Positions 24,999 to 37,539 of a stretch of 64,000 nucleotides of DNA are shown piece after piece. Both the position numbers and the translations under genes were made by a program. This stretch comes from Lytechinus pictus (taxonomy: Eukaryota), in the NCBI RefSeq assembly GCF_037042905.1, contig NC_087245.1, positions 17,300,001 to 17,364,000 of the forward strand. Direction: 5' to 3'. Each line of letters opens with the position of its first letter. The stretch's first letter is position 1. The notes under the pieces are model-generated. The model did not search any database and had not been told where the DNA came from. It was given only the letters and a program-made list of their open reading frames with translations.

Positions 24999-26735
24999 CT
25001 ATAGTGACTCCCGGAAGATGTAGAGTCTGTCTGGAGTACAGAAAGCTATCTCCCCACTCTTGAATGTTTGGAGAAAGTACCACTTTCTTTCCGAGATTTG
25101 AAAGTGAAAGTCACTGATGATGGTTTTCATCATTTTGAGCTCACTTGTGTAAAGAGAGATGTTTGCCACACATTCCTTGTTGTTAACCCATGCAATGAGA
25201 ACCGTGTCATCAGTGCACAAACATGGGAATCCAGAGAGGGCTTCCTTGGTGACGCTATGCAGGATGGTTCCTGATATGCTGTCGACCACCCTTATTGCAT
25301 TTAAGTCTCTTACCAAGAGCTTGTTGCTTGTCGATAGTGAGAAGATCTGTTGAGGTTCGTATCCATCACACTTTATCTCTCTGATTGGTATCCCACCTTT
25401 TGCATTGAACACGTGTATCTCTTTTAGTTTCCTGTAACCGATGAAAATGTGGCCATCTCGACCCCGTGCTAAGCCACCAATGCCACCCTTCACATTATCC
25501 AGTGTGTCAAATGACAGGGCAAGTTTCTTACATTTTGGGGTATAGAGAGTGATAATGTTATTTTCACCTTTCCGTACAATATAGCAGCCATCTGGCCTAT
25601 ATTGTAAGCCCCGAACTAAAACATTCAGCAGAACTCTATCTTGTAATGTACCATTAGCAGAATATGTGACTATTCCTCCTGCATGGCAACCAACGGATAT
25701 GTCGTTGTTTGGAGATACTGCTAAACTATCCATGCTATTAGCTGATGGCAGCTGCTTGTCTGCCACCAATCTCCATTGTTTTCCTCGGCGAACGCAGTCC
25801 AAGAGATTTCTGGCTGTTCGGTTGTCGCTTTCAAAGCGAATGCGTTCACTTTGGTGAGTCAATCTTCTTAGCCCTTCCTGATCAGGTTCTGATTCCTTCA
25901 AAAGCTTTTCCAGCTCTTCACAAAGGGTTTCGTGTGCTTTCAGAAGAGAGGCTTTCTGCAGGAAACCTTTTAAACCCCCTCTTACTAGCTCACTAACCTT
26001 GTTGATATATGTCACTTGCTGATTAGTGATCTTTTCCATTTCTAGTAATGACGTTTTTATCTTCTTCAGTTCATTCACAACTTTGCTCTTAAGGAGCTCC
26101 TTACGCTCCATCAGCTCTGCAACAGATTTCTCAAAAGCTTGGTTGATGTCGTCATGGAGTTCCTTATCTACCTTCTCACATGTTTCCCATTGTTCAGCTA
26201 TACAGGCAATGTATTTTTCGATGTCACATTTCTTTGTAGCTGCTTTCGTCAACAGTTCATTAACATTGCTTTTCACGACATCTTTATGGCGTTCAACGTC
26301 CATGACCGTGTGTCCCTCCTGCACATGCTCACCAATGCCACACTTGTAGCATATGTACTTCCCGCAGTTGGCGCAGAAACATTCCTCATCACCATCCATA
26401 TGTTCATCGCACGTACAGGGTCTCTTCAATGCAACGTTAGCTCGTTGTAAATCATTGACATTAATTTCTTTATCGTTCTCAGCCGTTACTTCCGCTACCA
26501 TAGACTGGAATGCTTTGCTCATCGGCAATCCACCAGCGTCACCATCTGGAATTGGTGTGGTTTCTCGGCATACTGGACAGAATATGTTTTGTTTATCCTG
26601 TTGAGAGTTGAGTAGAAACTCAAGACAACCCCTGCAGAAGGTATGGGAGCATGACAGAATTCGGTGATCCTTCAGAAAGCCCAGGCAGACTGGACACTCT
26701 AGGTTCCTATCAATATATTCTCTTAGTGAAGCCAT
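24999..26735 (-). CDS. TRIM (RBCC + NHL-like beta-propeller) protein, copy B (578 aa)
   Basis: Colinear with copy A without indels. About 52 amino-acid differences by manual count (~91% identity). Zn ligands intact. Confidence 0.93.
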   Translation of the reverse strand: MASLREYIDRNLECPVCLGFLKDHRILSCSHTFCRGCLEFLLNSQQDKQNIFCPVCRETTPIPDGDAGGLPMSKAFQSMVAEVTAENDKEINVNDLQRANVALKRPCTCDEHMDGDEECFCANCGKYICYKCGIGEHVQEGHTVMDVERHKDVVKSNVNELLTKAATKKCDIEKYIACIAEQWETCEKVDKELHDDINQAFEKSVAELMERKELLKSKVVNELKKIKTSLLEMEKITNQQVTYINKVSELVRGGLKGFLQKASLLKAHETLCEELEKLLKESEPDQEGLRRLTHQSERIRFESDNRTARNLLDCVRRGKQWRLVADKQLPSANSMDSLAVSPNNDISVGCHAGGIVTYSANGTLQDRVLLNVLVRGLQYRPDGCYIVRKGENNIITLYTPKCKKLALSFDTLDNVKGGIGGLARGRDGHIFIGYRKLKEIHVFNAKGGIPIREIKCDGYEPQQIFSLSTSNKLLVRDLNAIRVVDSISGTILHSVTKEALSGFPCLCTDDTVLIAWVNNKECVANISLYTSELKMMKTIISDFHFQISERKWYFLQTFKSGEIAFCTPDRLYIFRESL

Positions 26736-26743
26736 CTTGTACC

Positions 26744-27303
26744 CTGGAACAGAGATTTCAAACGATTTTGAAATAAAAAATAGACAAAAAATACAACAAA
26801 TTACAACAGTAAAAATAAAAAAAAACTTGTAGAATATAAAGAGAAAGAGAGAGAGGGGTTAAATATGATTTTATTTCTGAATGTTGTGTCAAAATCTATC
26901 ACAACATTGGACTTTTCTTTTCCCAGTACGCCATATCTGCCCCCTCAACTGCCCTATAACACCCAGTATTTTCAATGATTCCTTCGGATAATTCCAAAAC
27001 TAACCCCCGAAAAATCCGTAAAATCGGAAAAACGCATGCGGTACAGATGACCATCTAAGTGGGAATTTGGGGAGGGGGGTGACCTCAATCTCATTTCTAC
27101 CATTTGTTTAGTAAGTCGGTAGCTCTACCCATATTACCAACGTAATGCACAAGAGTTCCAGTTGCGTTGAAACATTGAGGAAGATACTAAAGCATATTGA
27201 TAGCATGCATGATAGAAAAACTGCAAAATTATCTGCAATACCTATAAAATGAAGCAAACACCCATATTTTTTCAAGAGAGTCATCCAATCTGATGTAGAT
27301 TAC
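26744..27303 (-). other. Predicted 5'-UTR intron of TRIM copy B
   Basis: Donor CCGAG|GTAATC at 27304/27303 and acceptor TCTGTTCCAG| at 26744, paralogous to copy A. Confidence 0.55.
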
Positions 27304-27887
27304 CTCGGAAACTTCTTTTGTTAAATGGTAGAAAACCGAGTAAAAAATCCAACAATTTGATTTACAACACTCAATAATCTATAACTGTTCAGTCATGACA
27401 CACGAATAACTGTGCTAACATTGCTCAATACGGAAGACAGAAGCCAACATGATTGCGCAATGTTTTTTTTTAGTTTTGTTGTTTTATTTGATGTTTTGGT
27501 GTTCCCATGGCGAAGTGGATGATGAATGTGACAGTGACTCATGCCCTACACTGTTTCCATTTCCTTCCTGACATGGATTATTTCAGCACATTTTCATAGG
27601 ATGAGGAGAGTATAGATAGTATGGATTAACAGATTCTGTTGGTATATAATCTCTTCTCCTATATATGATATGATAGAGAACGGCGAGCTCAGTGGTTAAA
27701 TTCCCAGTGCATCACTTAAAATCTTCACCAAGATTGTACAAGCCCCCAACCTGGACAAAGGGGACGGTTCATTACATTAGTGTCTGGGAAGCTCTGAATG
27801 AACTTCAACCATCTTTACCAATGACTGCAATATAGCAAGCCAATTGTGTTTATCAATCACAATTGCTTAGGTTTATATTAATATGTA

Positions 27888-28631
27888 CCCGGGGGTAGTT
27901 CCATTGATGAGTGGATACCATGCGTGACCCCCAAAACACGTAGAAAGGATCCTTTTTTCAAGATAGGGCACGTTACGTACGTAACGTAATAGGGGTGTCT
28001 AAAACACTAAAATAATGAAAAAAGGTATATATTTCGATAGGAAAACTACGTGTTTACGGTTCAATTTTCGAGGGTACAAAAGGACTAAAATACTTTATAA
28101 AGAATGTACTTTTTGCCCCAACACTACGCGTTTAGGGTCCGATTTGAGCGAGGTGTGTGGGGTGGTACTAAACATAATGAAAGTAGAGGTAAAGCCGAAG
28201 TCCGTGATCACGTCAGTGACATAACATCGTTGTACTTGTTTAGGAGGTCAATTCAAGGAATCTTGTCAAGTGTTTATCAATCACAATTGCTTAAGTTATA
28301 ATTGATATATTACCTCGCGGGGGGTGCACTTCCATTGATGAGTGGATACCATGCGTGATCCCCAAAACACGTAAAAAGGATCTCTTTTTCAAGATAGGGC
28401 ACGTTACGTACGTAACGTAATAAGGGTGTCAAAAAAACTAAAATAATGAACAAAAGGTATATATTTCGCTATTGTTTCAAATACTTGTTAAGGGTAGGGT
28501 TTCACACGCCATTACTTGTTAAGGGTGCATTTTCAGAACATGGAAAATACTTGTTTATACTTGTTTAGGATGGTTTTTGAAAGCCCATGGTCACACATGG
28601 TATCCACTCGTCAATGGAAGTGGCCCCCGGG
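27888..28631. mobile_element. CCCGGG-family MITE in reverse orientation, 7-bp TSD ATATGTA, with an internal ~420-bp duplication of the left end and flank
   Basis: atatgta|cccggggg ... cccggg|atatgta. Single ATATGTA at the empty site 8438-8444. Left end and flank repeated at ~28270-28470. Confidence 0.8.
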
Positions 28632-28649
28632 ATATGTACGGATGTTAGT

Positions 28650-29260
28650 TAGTATTATTCTAATTATTAACACATATTTTTTTTAGTTGAAATTGTGTAA
28701 TTCATTTGAAAATACAATCATAATTTCTGGAGAAGACAGGATGGCTTGTGAAGACAGTCTGCGTTCGCGGAGCGGGGGTGGTTCGGGGGAGGGGGTGGGG
28801 GGGGGGGGGGGGGGGAGTCACCACACCATTTCGATACCACCGGGAGGAGGTTCTCAAAACGCTGTGCTGAGTTGTCTCCTGTACCAGATGTTTATTTGTG
28901 TACTTGTGTAAGCTTGTTTTGGGGGATCTAAAATCAAATGCAAGCTTGCCTTTTTTTCTCCTATTGATATATTTGTTGTTATTATTTGATACTTTCATAG
29001 AAATAATCGGTTCAGCATACTACTCGGGAGCCCCCACCCCTCACCCGGTTATGTCGAAAGGGTGCTGGCACCGCCAATTCATCCCAGCTCCGCGAACGCA
29101 GACTGTCCTCACAAACCTATTAAAAAAAATAGGGAAATATTGACAGAGAAAGAAAGAAAGGTGGAGAATCGGAAAATAAGAAGGGAAGAAAACAAAAGGA
29201 GAAAGAAAAGGAAGAAGAAGAAAAGTGGGAGGCGAATAAGAGATCAAAGTTGCAGAAGAA
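28650..29260. repeat. Diverged third copy of the start of the duplication unit, containing a small inverted-repeat element (arms ~28742-28780 and ~29082-29118)
   Basis: Matches 120-335 and 2150-2330 but lacks the nested MITEs. gacagtctgcgttcgcggagc is inverted as gctccgcgaacgcagactgtc. Confidence 0.7.
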
Positions 29261-30630
29261 ATAAAATTGATATCAAAGTAAGATTTAAAAGTTTATATTG
29301 AAGTTCTTATTATTTATCGTTATGTCTTCTTTTTGTATTTCTTGCGGCCAGCTTCTATCTTGGTTCGTTGGTTTGTTTAAGCTATTGTCGTTTATATATT
29401 AGTTTTATTTGGATCAGTGTCTTTTTAAACGATTTTTATCATCGTGGCGACGTTAACGTCCACATAATCTGACCTTTTCCACAATTTTTTTTAGGACTGT
29501 CTGGTTCATTGAAAAAAAAAAAACGGGAAATAATCATGTTCAGCCTGTGTATCCATTTGCCATACAAGAACTCACGGTTCTTGGGCCCATATGCGCGCGC
29601 TTGGTCCGTAAGGAGATGGAAAAGAGAGGGAGTGGTATTCCGGTACTTCCAGGGGCCCGTAGTCCGGAGGTACTTAGCAATGATCGTAGAACATTTTTAA
29701 CGATTGATTGCATAGTCTACAATGTACAATTACGGAACCCAGATCAATATCTCGCTTTATTATAATAACGTATCGCTATATCAAGAGGGCAGGCTTGTCA
29801 ATGTACGTCAGAATCAAATTGACTTTGGTAAACATGGTAAATGCGGGCATGCCTCGATAATTCCTTGAAAGCTCTTAATAAGACCATAATCATGAAGAAA
29901 CAACGTGTTTTTCGTACCATCCTGAATCAAATTCTAAGGTTTAATCAATAGACTTTAATTATCATTTCTTTTTATATTTCAGAAGTACAGAAATGTATTT
30001 TTGCTAGATTAAAAGAAAATCATTCAAATCCATTGTGTAACATTTAATATGCTACTTGAGTTCATCATTAACACTTCTTACAATGTTTACTTCATGTATG
30101 TCTTCAGTAGATCGACATGCACATTTATGATCATCATGGTGAATTAATGATGATAATAATTGCTCTATTTGGACGTGTTATATAGAAGGAAAAACAGAAA
30201 TCTAAGATAGTGGTCATTAAGAACACTAATTTTCTTTCAAGCCCGGACAGTAAACTATTTACTAGCCCTAATAATCTTTGATTGATCATTTTGAATAGAG
30301 CTTTACACTCTCTCCCATGAAAAGAGGGGATTTAAATTTGAGTATAAACTCATGATCACACCCTCCCTCAGACGCACATACAACCACACACCCTCCCAAC
30401 GTACCCTTATGCCCCCTCACACACACCCACAAACATCTCCAGCTCAAATAATTATGTACTTTCTGATCGAAAGTATTCTAGGAATTCCCTTCTTCAATAA
30501 TTAACATATTGAGGACAATATATGCATAATGATATCGAACAGAAGAACTGAAAGGAATGTCAATTGCAAGTTCAATATTGACTGGCTGTTTTAAACAGCT
30601 CACAGTTTAAGAGTACACCTACGCTAGAAA

Positions 30631-30851
30631 CACTAAGTAAAAATTTACCCAATATTGGGTAGAGAGGGAACATGCATGTTTGCTGGGTATTTTTTTTTAC
30701 TCCAAATTGGGCTATTTCAACGCAACATTGCGTAAAATTTACAAAATATTGGGTATCTTTTTACATTTTTTAATATCTTTTTATATCTTTTTACCCAACC
30801 AACATGCATATTCCCATTTTACAGAATATTTGGTAAACCTTTTTTAGAGTG
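30631..30851. mobile_element. Small CACT..AGTG palindromic MITE
   Basis: cactaagtaaaaatttacccaatatt..gggaacatgcatgtt is mirrored by aacatgcatattccc..aatatttggtaaa..agagtg. Confidence 0.55.
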
Positions 30852-31785
30852 TCATTTATTCTTTTTGTCTTCGATATGCTGTAGATACTCATATACTCAT
30901 AAGAAATTGGTAGGTATCTAACGCCATTTTTTTTAAAATATTTATATAACCAATATGCGAATCTGGCCTAGTGAACTATGAAGTAAGATGATAACAAAAA
31001 TATCCCCTTTGATGGGATGGTGTAATAATAATAAAAGAAACAGTATCAGTCACAGCCCAACCTCTAAGTCCCGTAGTTGCCACAGGTTATTATAATAACT
31101 ACTGAATATCAACATGACAAGAACTGTTTTTTTTTTTAAAGATCATTAAGCTTACACCCAACCTGTAATAGACTCGCAGCATTCTGGAACCAAAGATTTC
31201 CGCTAAGGGACTTTGCATGCAGTCTACTATAGTCTATACTCACTAACTAGTTTTAGTTTCATTTAGATCAGGGATGTGATACCTCACTCGTTTAAATTGA
31301 GGTTACAAATTAGGACATTGTGACAAGCGCCCTCTCAGGTAGAATATACCCATGACGTTATTTTGCTGGGCATCCTTCATGGCGTGTTTTTTTTTTTCAC
31401 ATGCTCTCTCTTTGCTGTGTATTCTACCACCCATTCCCATAAATGTCTGAGGGCTTTTTCGAGACTGATGACTTCTCATACGGAGGTGTGTGTGTTTGTT
31501 TGTTTTAAAGCTATATGATAGCGGCACATTCATATTTAACGCAGGCGAAAATCAAAATCTGAAAATTAGATAGGGGTGAAAAAAAATTACCAAATAAAAA
31601 TTGGTAAATGAAGGGGAAATCGTTTAGAATAAAGAATACGATTCCAGTCAGTAATATGGCAAATGAAATCGTTACGTTATTCCCGTGCCATTTATAAATC
31701 GAACCCGACCAACGGTGCTCCCATTGCCTGGCGTTGATTCGGGTGCTATGTTGAACTATATTTTTTTAGAGCGTACAATCAAGAA

Positions 31786-32090
31786 ATGACGTGGTATCAA
31801 CTGAGAACCGATATTCCCTGGGTGTTCCTGAGTGTACAAAACTAACGATGACGTGGTATCAACTGAGAAACGATAAAAGGTGCTGAGGTGATTTTTTTTC
31901 CTGAGTGTACAAACTAAGGACGGCGTTGTATCAAATGAGGACCGATAAAATGTGTTGGGGTTGTTTTTTTCTTGAGTGTACAAAGAAAGGATGACGTGTT
32001 ATCAACTGAGAACCGATGAAAGGTGCTGAGGTGATTTGTTTTTCCTGAGTATATAAACTAAGGTTGACGTGGTATCGAATGAGAACCAAC
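31786..32090 (+). repeat. Minisatellite, ~70-bp unit, ~4.4 copies
   Basis: atgacgtggtatcaactgagaaccgata..cctgagtgtacaaactaa recurs at 31786, 31848, 31920, 31991 and 32064. Confidence 0.85.
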
Positions 32091-33879
32091 CAATCGACAT
32101 TAGAAATAAGTGACTCGGATGGAATCCCATATCAATATAGTGCCATTAATAAGATAGATCTGACACCACGTAAACAATAATCTCAAATTTTTTAATTTTT
32201 TCTTAAATTCCCACCAGTCAGCCTTGGGTTTATGCAACCTTCTTTTCCTATTTTTCTTCCTGATATTTCTCTGGGTTCATTCAAATGAAATCAAATAGAA
32301 AAGGGAGATATAGAAAACGGGAAGACAGACATGCAGCCTAGATAAATATTAGATAGGCAGGTGACTTTATCGAGATACATATACATAAATATACATTACA
32401 TATATGTATGTATATATATATATATATAAGGAGAGGGGGAGGAGATAGACAAACATACATGAACATAGAGATACATAGATAGTTAGTGAGAAAGATACAT
32501 AAATATATATAATTTGTTTTTCTTTCTCTTTAAGTTTACCAAAATAACAAGAATATATTTTCAAAAATTAAAATTGTACAATTTCATTTGGTTTCCACGG
32601 AACCCCTCCCCCATTTACTCTTGTTTGTTTATGTATGGTTGTAAGTGTGGGGGAGGGTGGGTGGTGAGAGAGAGAGAGAGAGAGACAGACAGAGAGAGAG
32701 AGAGAGAGTGGGAATGGAAGCGAGGGGAGTGGATAATGTAACGCCATCCTCATTGACCACTTACATTCTCCGACTTAAATCAACTCTACTTTCAGTTTCT
32801 ATTTATTTAGACAATTCCGGCAAAACTACCTTTCTGCGATCAATTTACCGTTCAACCTTTACTATTGTCTTTTGATATCATTCTGTAACATATCGTATTA
32901 AACATATTTGCGTGCGTCGTTATTTTAGAAACAAGAGGAAATACTTGTTTATCTATTACAAATGTCATAATGGGTTTGGATTTCAACCAGGCAGTTGAGA
33001 TAAAAGTATTACTACCAATAAACTAGAATGGATGACAATGCTATCATTTAATGTATTTTCTTTACGAGATAAGTTGCACCATCCTGTTGTATTTTTACAA
33101 GGCACCATAGGAATCATAATCCGAAATATACGGAAGGAGAAAATCATGGTCATGTTTGTCAAAAATGATATGGTTGCTTCTTTTTAAAAGTTTCCAGACG
33201 ACCCAACTTATAGGACACGCAAGGGCCTATCTAGTGAGCTGGATCACGTGTTTCGTATCGAAGATTGGGTCTAATAATATATGGCTCATCCTACAGTCAC
33301 ACCAAGAAACCGACTCCAAACCGACCGATGGTATATCTTACTCAAAATAACGTGACAGCTTTGATCGGTCTGGAGTCGGTTTTCACGGTATGACGGTTCA
33401 AACTGTTCGCAGTGACCAAGGTTGTTTTATACGTTTTTGACTGAAAGATTGCCCTCTGAGTTGAGTCTGTATAACATTTAGGAACATCGTATTCGTCGCA
33501 TTACAAAAAAAATCAATGACATATTATATTATGTTATGCAGAATCTGTTTGTAGTGTAACCGATAGTCAGATTTACTATAATCTGCATGGAGAGATCTAT
33601 ACAACCTAGCCTATAAACCTTGTTACTGTTATTATCATCAACCCTGCAAGTGAACAACAGGAGAAGACTTATATTTCGAAGTTTTAATATCTTAATGTCA
33701 TCATTTCATTCTAGTTATCATGGTTATCATTACCATGAATACTGTCATAATAACCATTTAATCTCTAGAGTTATCATCCTCATTATCATCATTGTCGTCA
33801 TAGCCACGACCAGCTTCATACTCATCGTGTTGTATTTCAAATTATTTATCAATTTTGCTCAATGCTCTCTTGTTCTATC

Positions 33880-34020
33880 ATCATCACCACCACCACCATC
33901 ATCGTCATCATAATCGCCATCATCATTAACATCATCATCATCACGACAACCACCACACTGTCATCATCATCATCATCCTCATTATCATCATCATCATCTT
34001 TGTCGTCATTACCACTACCA
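33880..34020 (+). repeat. (ATC/ACC)n degenerate microsatellite
   Basis: Direct inspection. Confidence 0.85.
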
Positions 34021-34079
34021 GCTTCAGAGTAAAACCCATCGAGTCATATCTAAAATTATTATTAATAAAAAAAATATAA

Positions 34080-34119
<40 letters not shown>

Positions 34120-36170
34120 AAAGTAATCAAAATTATCGTATATGTACACATTTTCATGAAATATACGAAATTTCAAGAAATTCAAGGAAGATTGAAAAAT
34201 ACTGAAAGACCATGAACATGTTGATCATAATTACATAAAAAGATCAAAAGAGATGGATATTATAATAGCAATAACCAAGTTATGAATAAATCAGATTTAT
34301 ACATTTATAGTCCCCCTAAAGCGGGACAAAAAAGGTATAGTTCTTAAAGGGGGAGGAAAAGTAAATAATTTAGACTGATTAAATATAAAACGATCAGAAG
34401 GGTAATATGTAGTGGAAAAGTGACCTGCATATTCATATCAAAGGATGCTGAAAATGCAGTATAGATGAGTTTGCAACAAAAATAATCTGTCTAAATTATC
34501 TTTAATGAGATTTGACTCCTTCAGAGCGAGATTAATCAGGGTATAAAAGTTACCGTACATCGTGTATTATTTAAAGTGAATTCGATTGAATTGGAATAAG
34601 AAATTTAGTTAATCAATAAAATGATGCGATAAAAAGTAGCAGTATTAAATATATGAAATGACTGAGCAAGTATACAACCAGGCTCCATTGAAGGTATTCA
34701 CATATTATTAATATAATTTCCTTAATTCGGTAACATTTCAAGCAAAGTATCATCTAACTTTTCCGATAAATGCACCTCCCCGATTTCATTCTTTCTCCAA
34801 TCAGGCAAAGTTTCTATCATTTTCATATTCTCGGAATACAATCTAAACTCGGGTAACTTTAACCTTTAAGAATATCATAAAATTCGACTTACGATGGATT
34901 ACCTTTCAGATAATCGTGCTCGCGCTGCTTATGTTCCAGCAAATCGACGAAGAAAATATATTGATTTCTTAGTTGGGTTTTGATTTACGATAGAATAATT
35001 AACTCAAACTACATACAAGGAAGTGGTAAAATGGGTCAGGATTGAAATATGAATAAATGAAAATGTCAATATAAAGAGTTTAACATTTCCAAGGTGGCAG
35101 TATTATAAAGTATTTTGATTTGTATTTGTTTTTTTACTTTTTTTGAAGGAGGGGAGGGGGGGGGGGTAAGAAACAAAGCTGCAGACTAACCGCAAAACGA
35201 TGACAAAGATCAGAATGACACCAAAATCTGGAAGTTTTGTCACTGTGAAAAAATAATATTTCATCCTTTTTTACCTTTAGAATGTTTTGTATACCTTCAA
35301 GGAGAAAAACTCAGATCAGGAAATAGTGGTGACTGCATATCGCCCTCTGTAGATAGTGTTCAAAATAAAGAATCAGAAATTTCCAGATATTAAACTGTTT
35401 CCTGACACACATTTACCTTATCAAAATTGTGGTTTGCTCACAAGGCAATACCAAGGATAAATAAAATAAAAATAAACTGTAGAAAATATTCATCAAAATT
35501 TCGTGATATAACATAATTTGTTCGAAATCATTTTCTATTTCACAATAACAGAACATAAAGACAAAGATGTAAAAAATGATTTAAAATCTAGACTATATTG
35601 TAGTATTTACCATACCATACAGCATAATAGCAACACTTTGTGTGACAGAACGTTAAAAATGGTACATTGAGAAATAAATAACATGTATGAAAAAAAATAA
35701 AGATGACAGGGGAATGAAATTCAAACTTGTTTCATTTTCCTTTTAAGGCATATTTTTCTTGGATGTTAAAATTCCATATTCCCATCAAATAGCGGATACT
35801 TTTCCCGTTTATCAAAGATGTTTCCTTTTAAGAATTTAGCTTATCCTTTGTTTCTCCACTCGAGCAGAGATGGTCAGAAGAAAAAAGGGAAACAGAAAAG
35901 AGTAACAATGACGACGTTTTCATCAAATTCATCTGTTAATTAGTTTTTATTTGGTGAGCAGGATGTTAAAAGCCTATTTGAAGACACCAATGTACAGATC
36001 ATTTTATTTCTGATAAAGCAATGAAAATATACCTGCAATCTATTAAAAAACAAGAACGAACTAGTCTCATCCGAAACAAAAATGTCTATCATACAATTTC
36101 AGTTACCATGGTCACTCTAGAAGCTCAGATGTGTTGAAACTATCCAGGGTTTATTTTGATATGATATATG

Positions 36171-36328
36171 CACTCAGAAATATTTTAACCAACCTACCGA
36201 GTTGGTTAACATATGAACCTACCAACGGTTGGTTGAAAAAAAAAATCTCCATTCGTTTGACATGCAACTTTCTTTCAACCAACAGTTGGTAAGATCAGAT
36301 TAACCGACCTAACATTTTTCTGAGAGTG
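36171..36328. mobile_element. Small CACT..AGTG MITE
   Basis: cactcagaaa at the left end and tttctgagagtg at the right end, with internal aaccaac/gttggtt inverted motifs. Confidence 0.45.
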
Positions 36329-36647
36329 GTCGGTGAGAAATAATCGAGTATAGCAAAATGTCATCGTTATTGCCCTAGAGGGGATGATTTTTTTTGGGTA
36401 TGACTTCACATCCAATCAAGGAGGTGAAGTGGTATCACGTGGTTTCAATACACTTCTGGGGATCGGAGTTTCATCAATATATTTTGTCAGACATGTTGTC
36501 AGATCTGACAAGTTTCCTTTCATCTGATTGGCTGAAAAACACTTTTCTTTTGGTCGGATAAAACGTCCAAGTCCTTTCATGAAACACTTTCCCTCATGGC
36601 TGTACTTCCTGGCTTTTTTTAAAAAAAGTTATACGCTTTGCTATTTA

Positions 36648-37399
36648 TGTTGTGCGTCCCACAAAAAACGAAACCGAGATTTAGCGATGATTTATCATAA
36701 CTTAATCACATATACAATAGATAAATGACCTACCACTGTAAATCTCCTCTTTCATCTGAAGTTACTTGGATTATTCCTTATTCACGCATGGGTGAGAAAA
36801 AAACATTTGAAGACAGTATACCAAAAACTCATTTGACGGGGGTATCTGAATTTCAAAAAGAAAATCACATGACTAAAAAGTTCAATATTTGCTCTTTTAT
36901 TTGATACCGTCATCACAGAAAATGGTCTAGAAGTAAAAAAGTTATGTTCCCTCGAAACAATGCTTGTATTTCCATAATTTCATTAAATAAACGTGTTTTT
37001 ACGGTTTTCCACATAAGCCATCGCACGGTTAACAAAAGACTTAATGCATTGCTGATCGTAAACAAAACAGAGTGTCGACACTAGCCTGTAAAACCTCTTC
37101 ATTTTATGAAATTATTGAAATTCAAGCCTTACTTCAAATATCCAGATCTTTGTTATTTCTTGACCATTTTTTGTAATTGAGGTATCAAATTAAAGAGCAG
37201 ATATTGATTTTTGTTTTAATGTAGTTTTCGTTTTGAAACCCAGATACTCTGGTATCCCCTCTTCACATTGTTTTTCCTCACTCATGCATGAATTAGAATA
37301 ATCTTAGTAATTTCCGACGAAAGAGGTAATTTGTCTATTGTATTTGTGATTAAGTTATGATAAATCATCGATAAACCTCGGTTTTTGTGGGACTCACTG
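36648..37399. mobile_element. Tc1/mariner-type MITE
   Basis: gtgcgtcccacaaaaaac..ccgag..cgatgatttatcataacttaatcaca is mirrored by tgtgattaagttatgataaatcatcg..ctcgg..tttttgtgggactcactg|ta. Confidence 0.75.
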
Positions 37400-37539
37400 T
37401 ATATTTAGTTATATTGGTGATTTCATGTACCCTTTGTTTTGAAGGTCAAGTATAAACTGATACTAGAAACCTGCGAGCAGCCTGTTCTACTACAACCCCA
37501 AGCCGATGGTATGACACTTCACTCTCGCACTTTAATTAA

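Larger units (their letters stand above)
8450..28650. repeat. Tandem segmental duplication unit B (TRIM locus, inflated by insertions)
   Basis: Same order of blocks as unit A, plus inserts at 11588-13032, 14612-24862 and 27888-28631. Confidence 0.9.

Noticed and set aside
31786..32090. CRISPR-like repeat-spacer array
   Set aside because: The variable parts are related to each other, the context is eukaryotic and there are no cas genes.
34170..34700. Possible LINE 3' remnant
   Set aside because: Too degenerate to support; no readable reverse-transcriptase motif.
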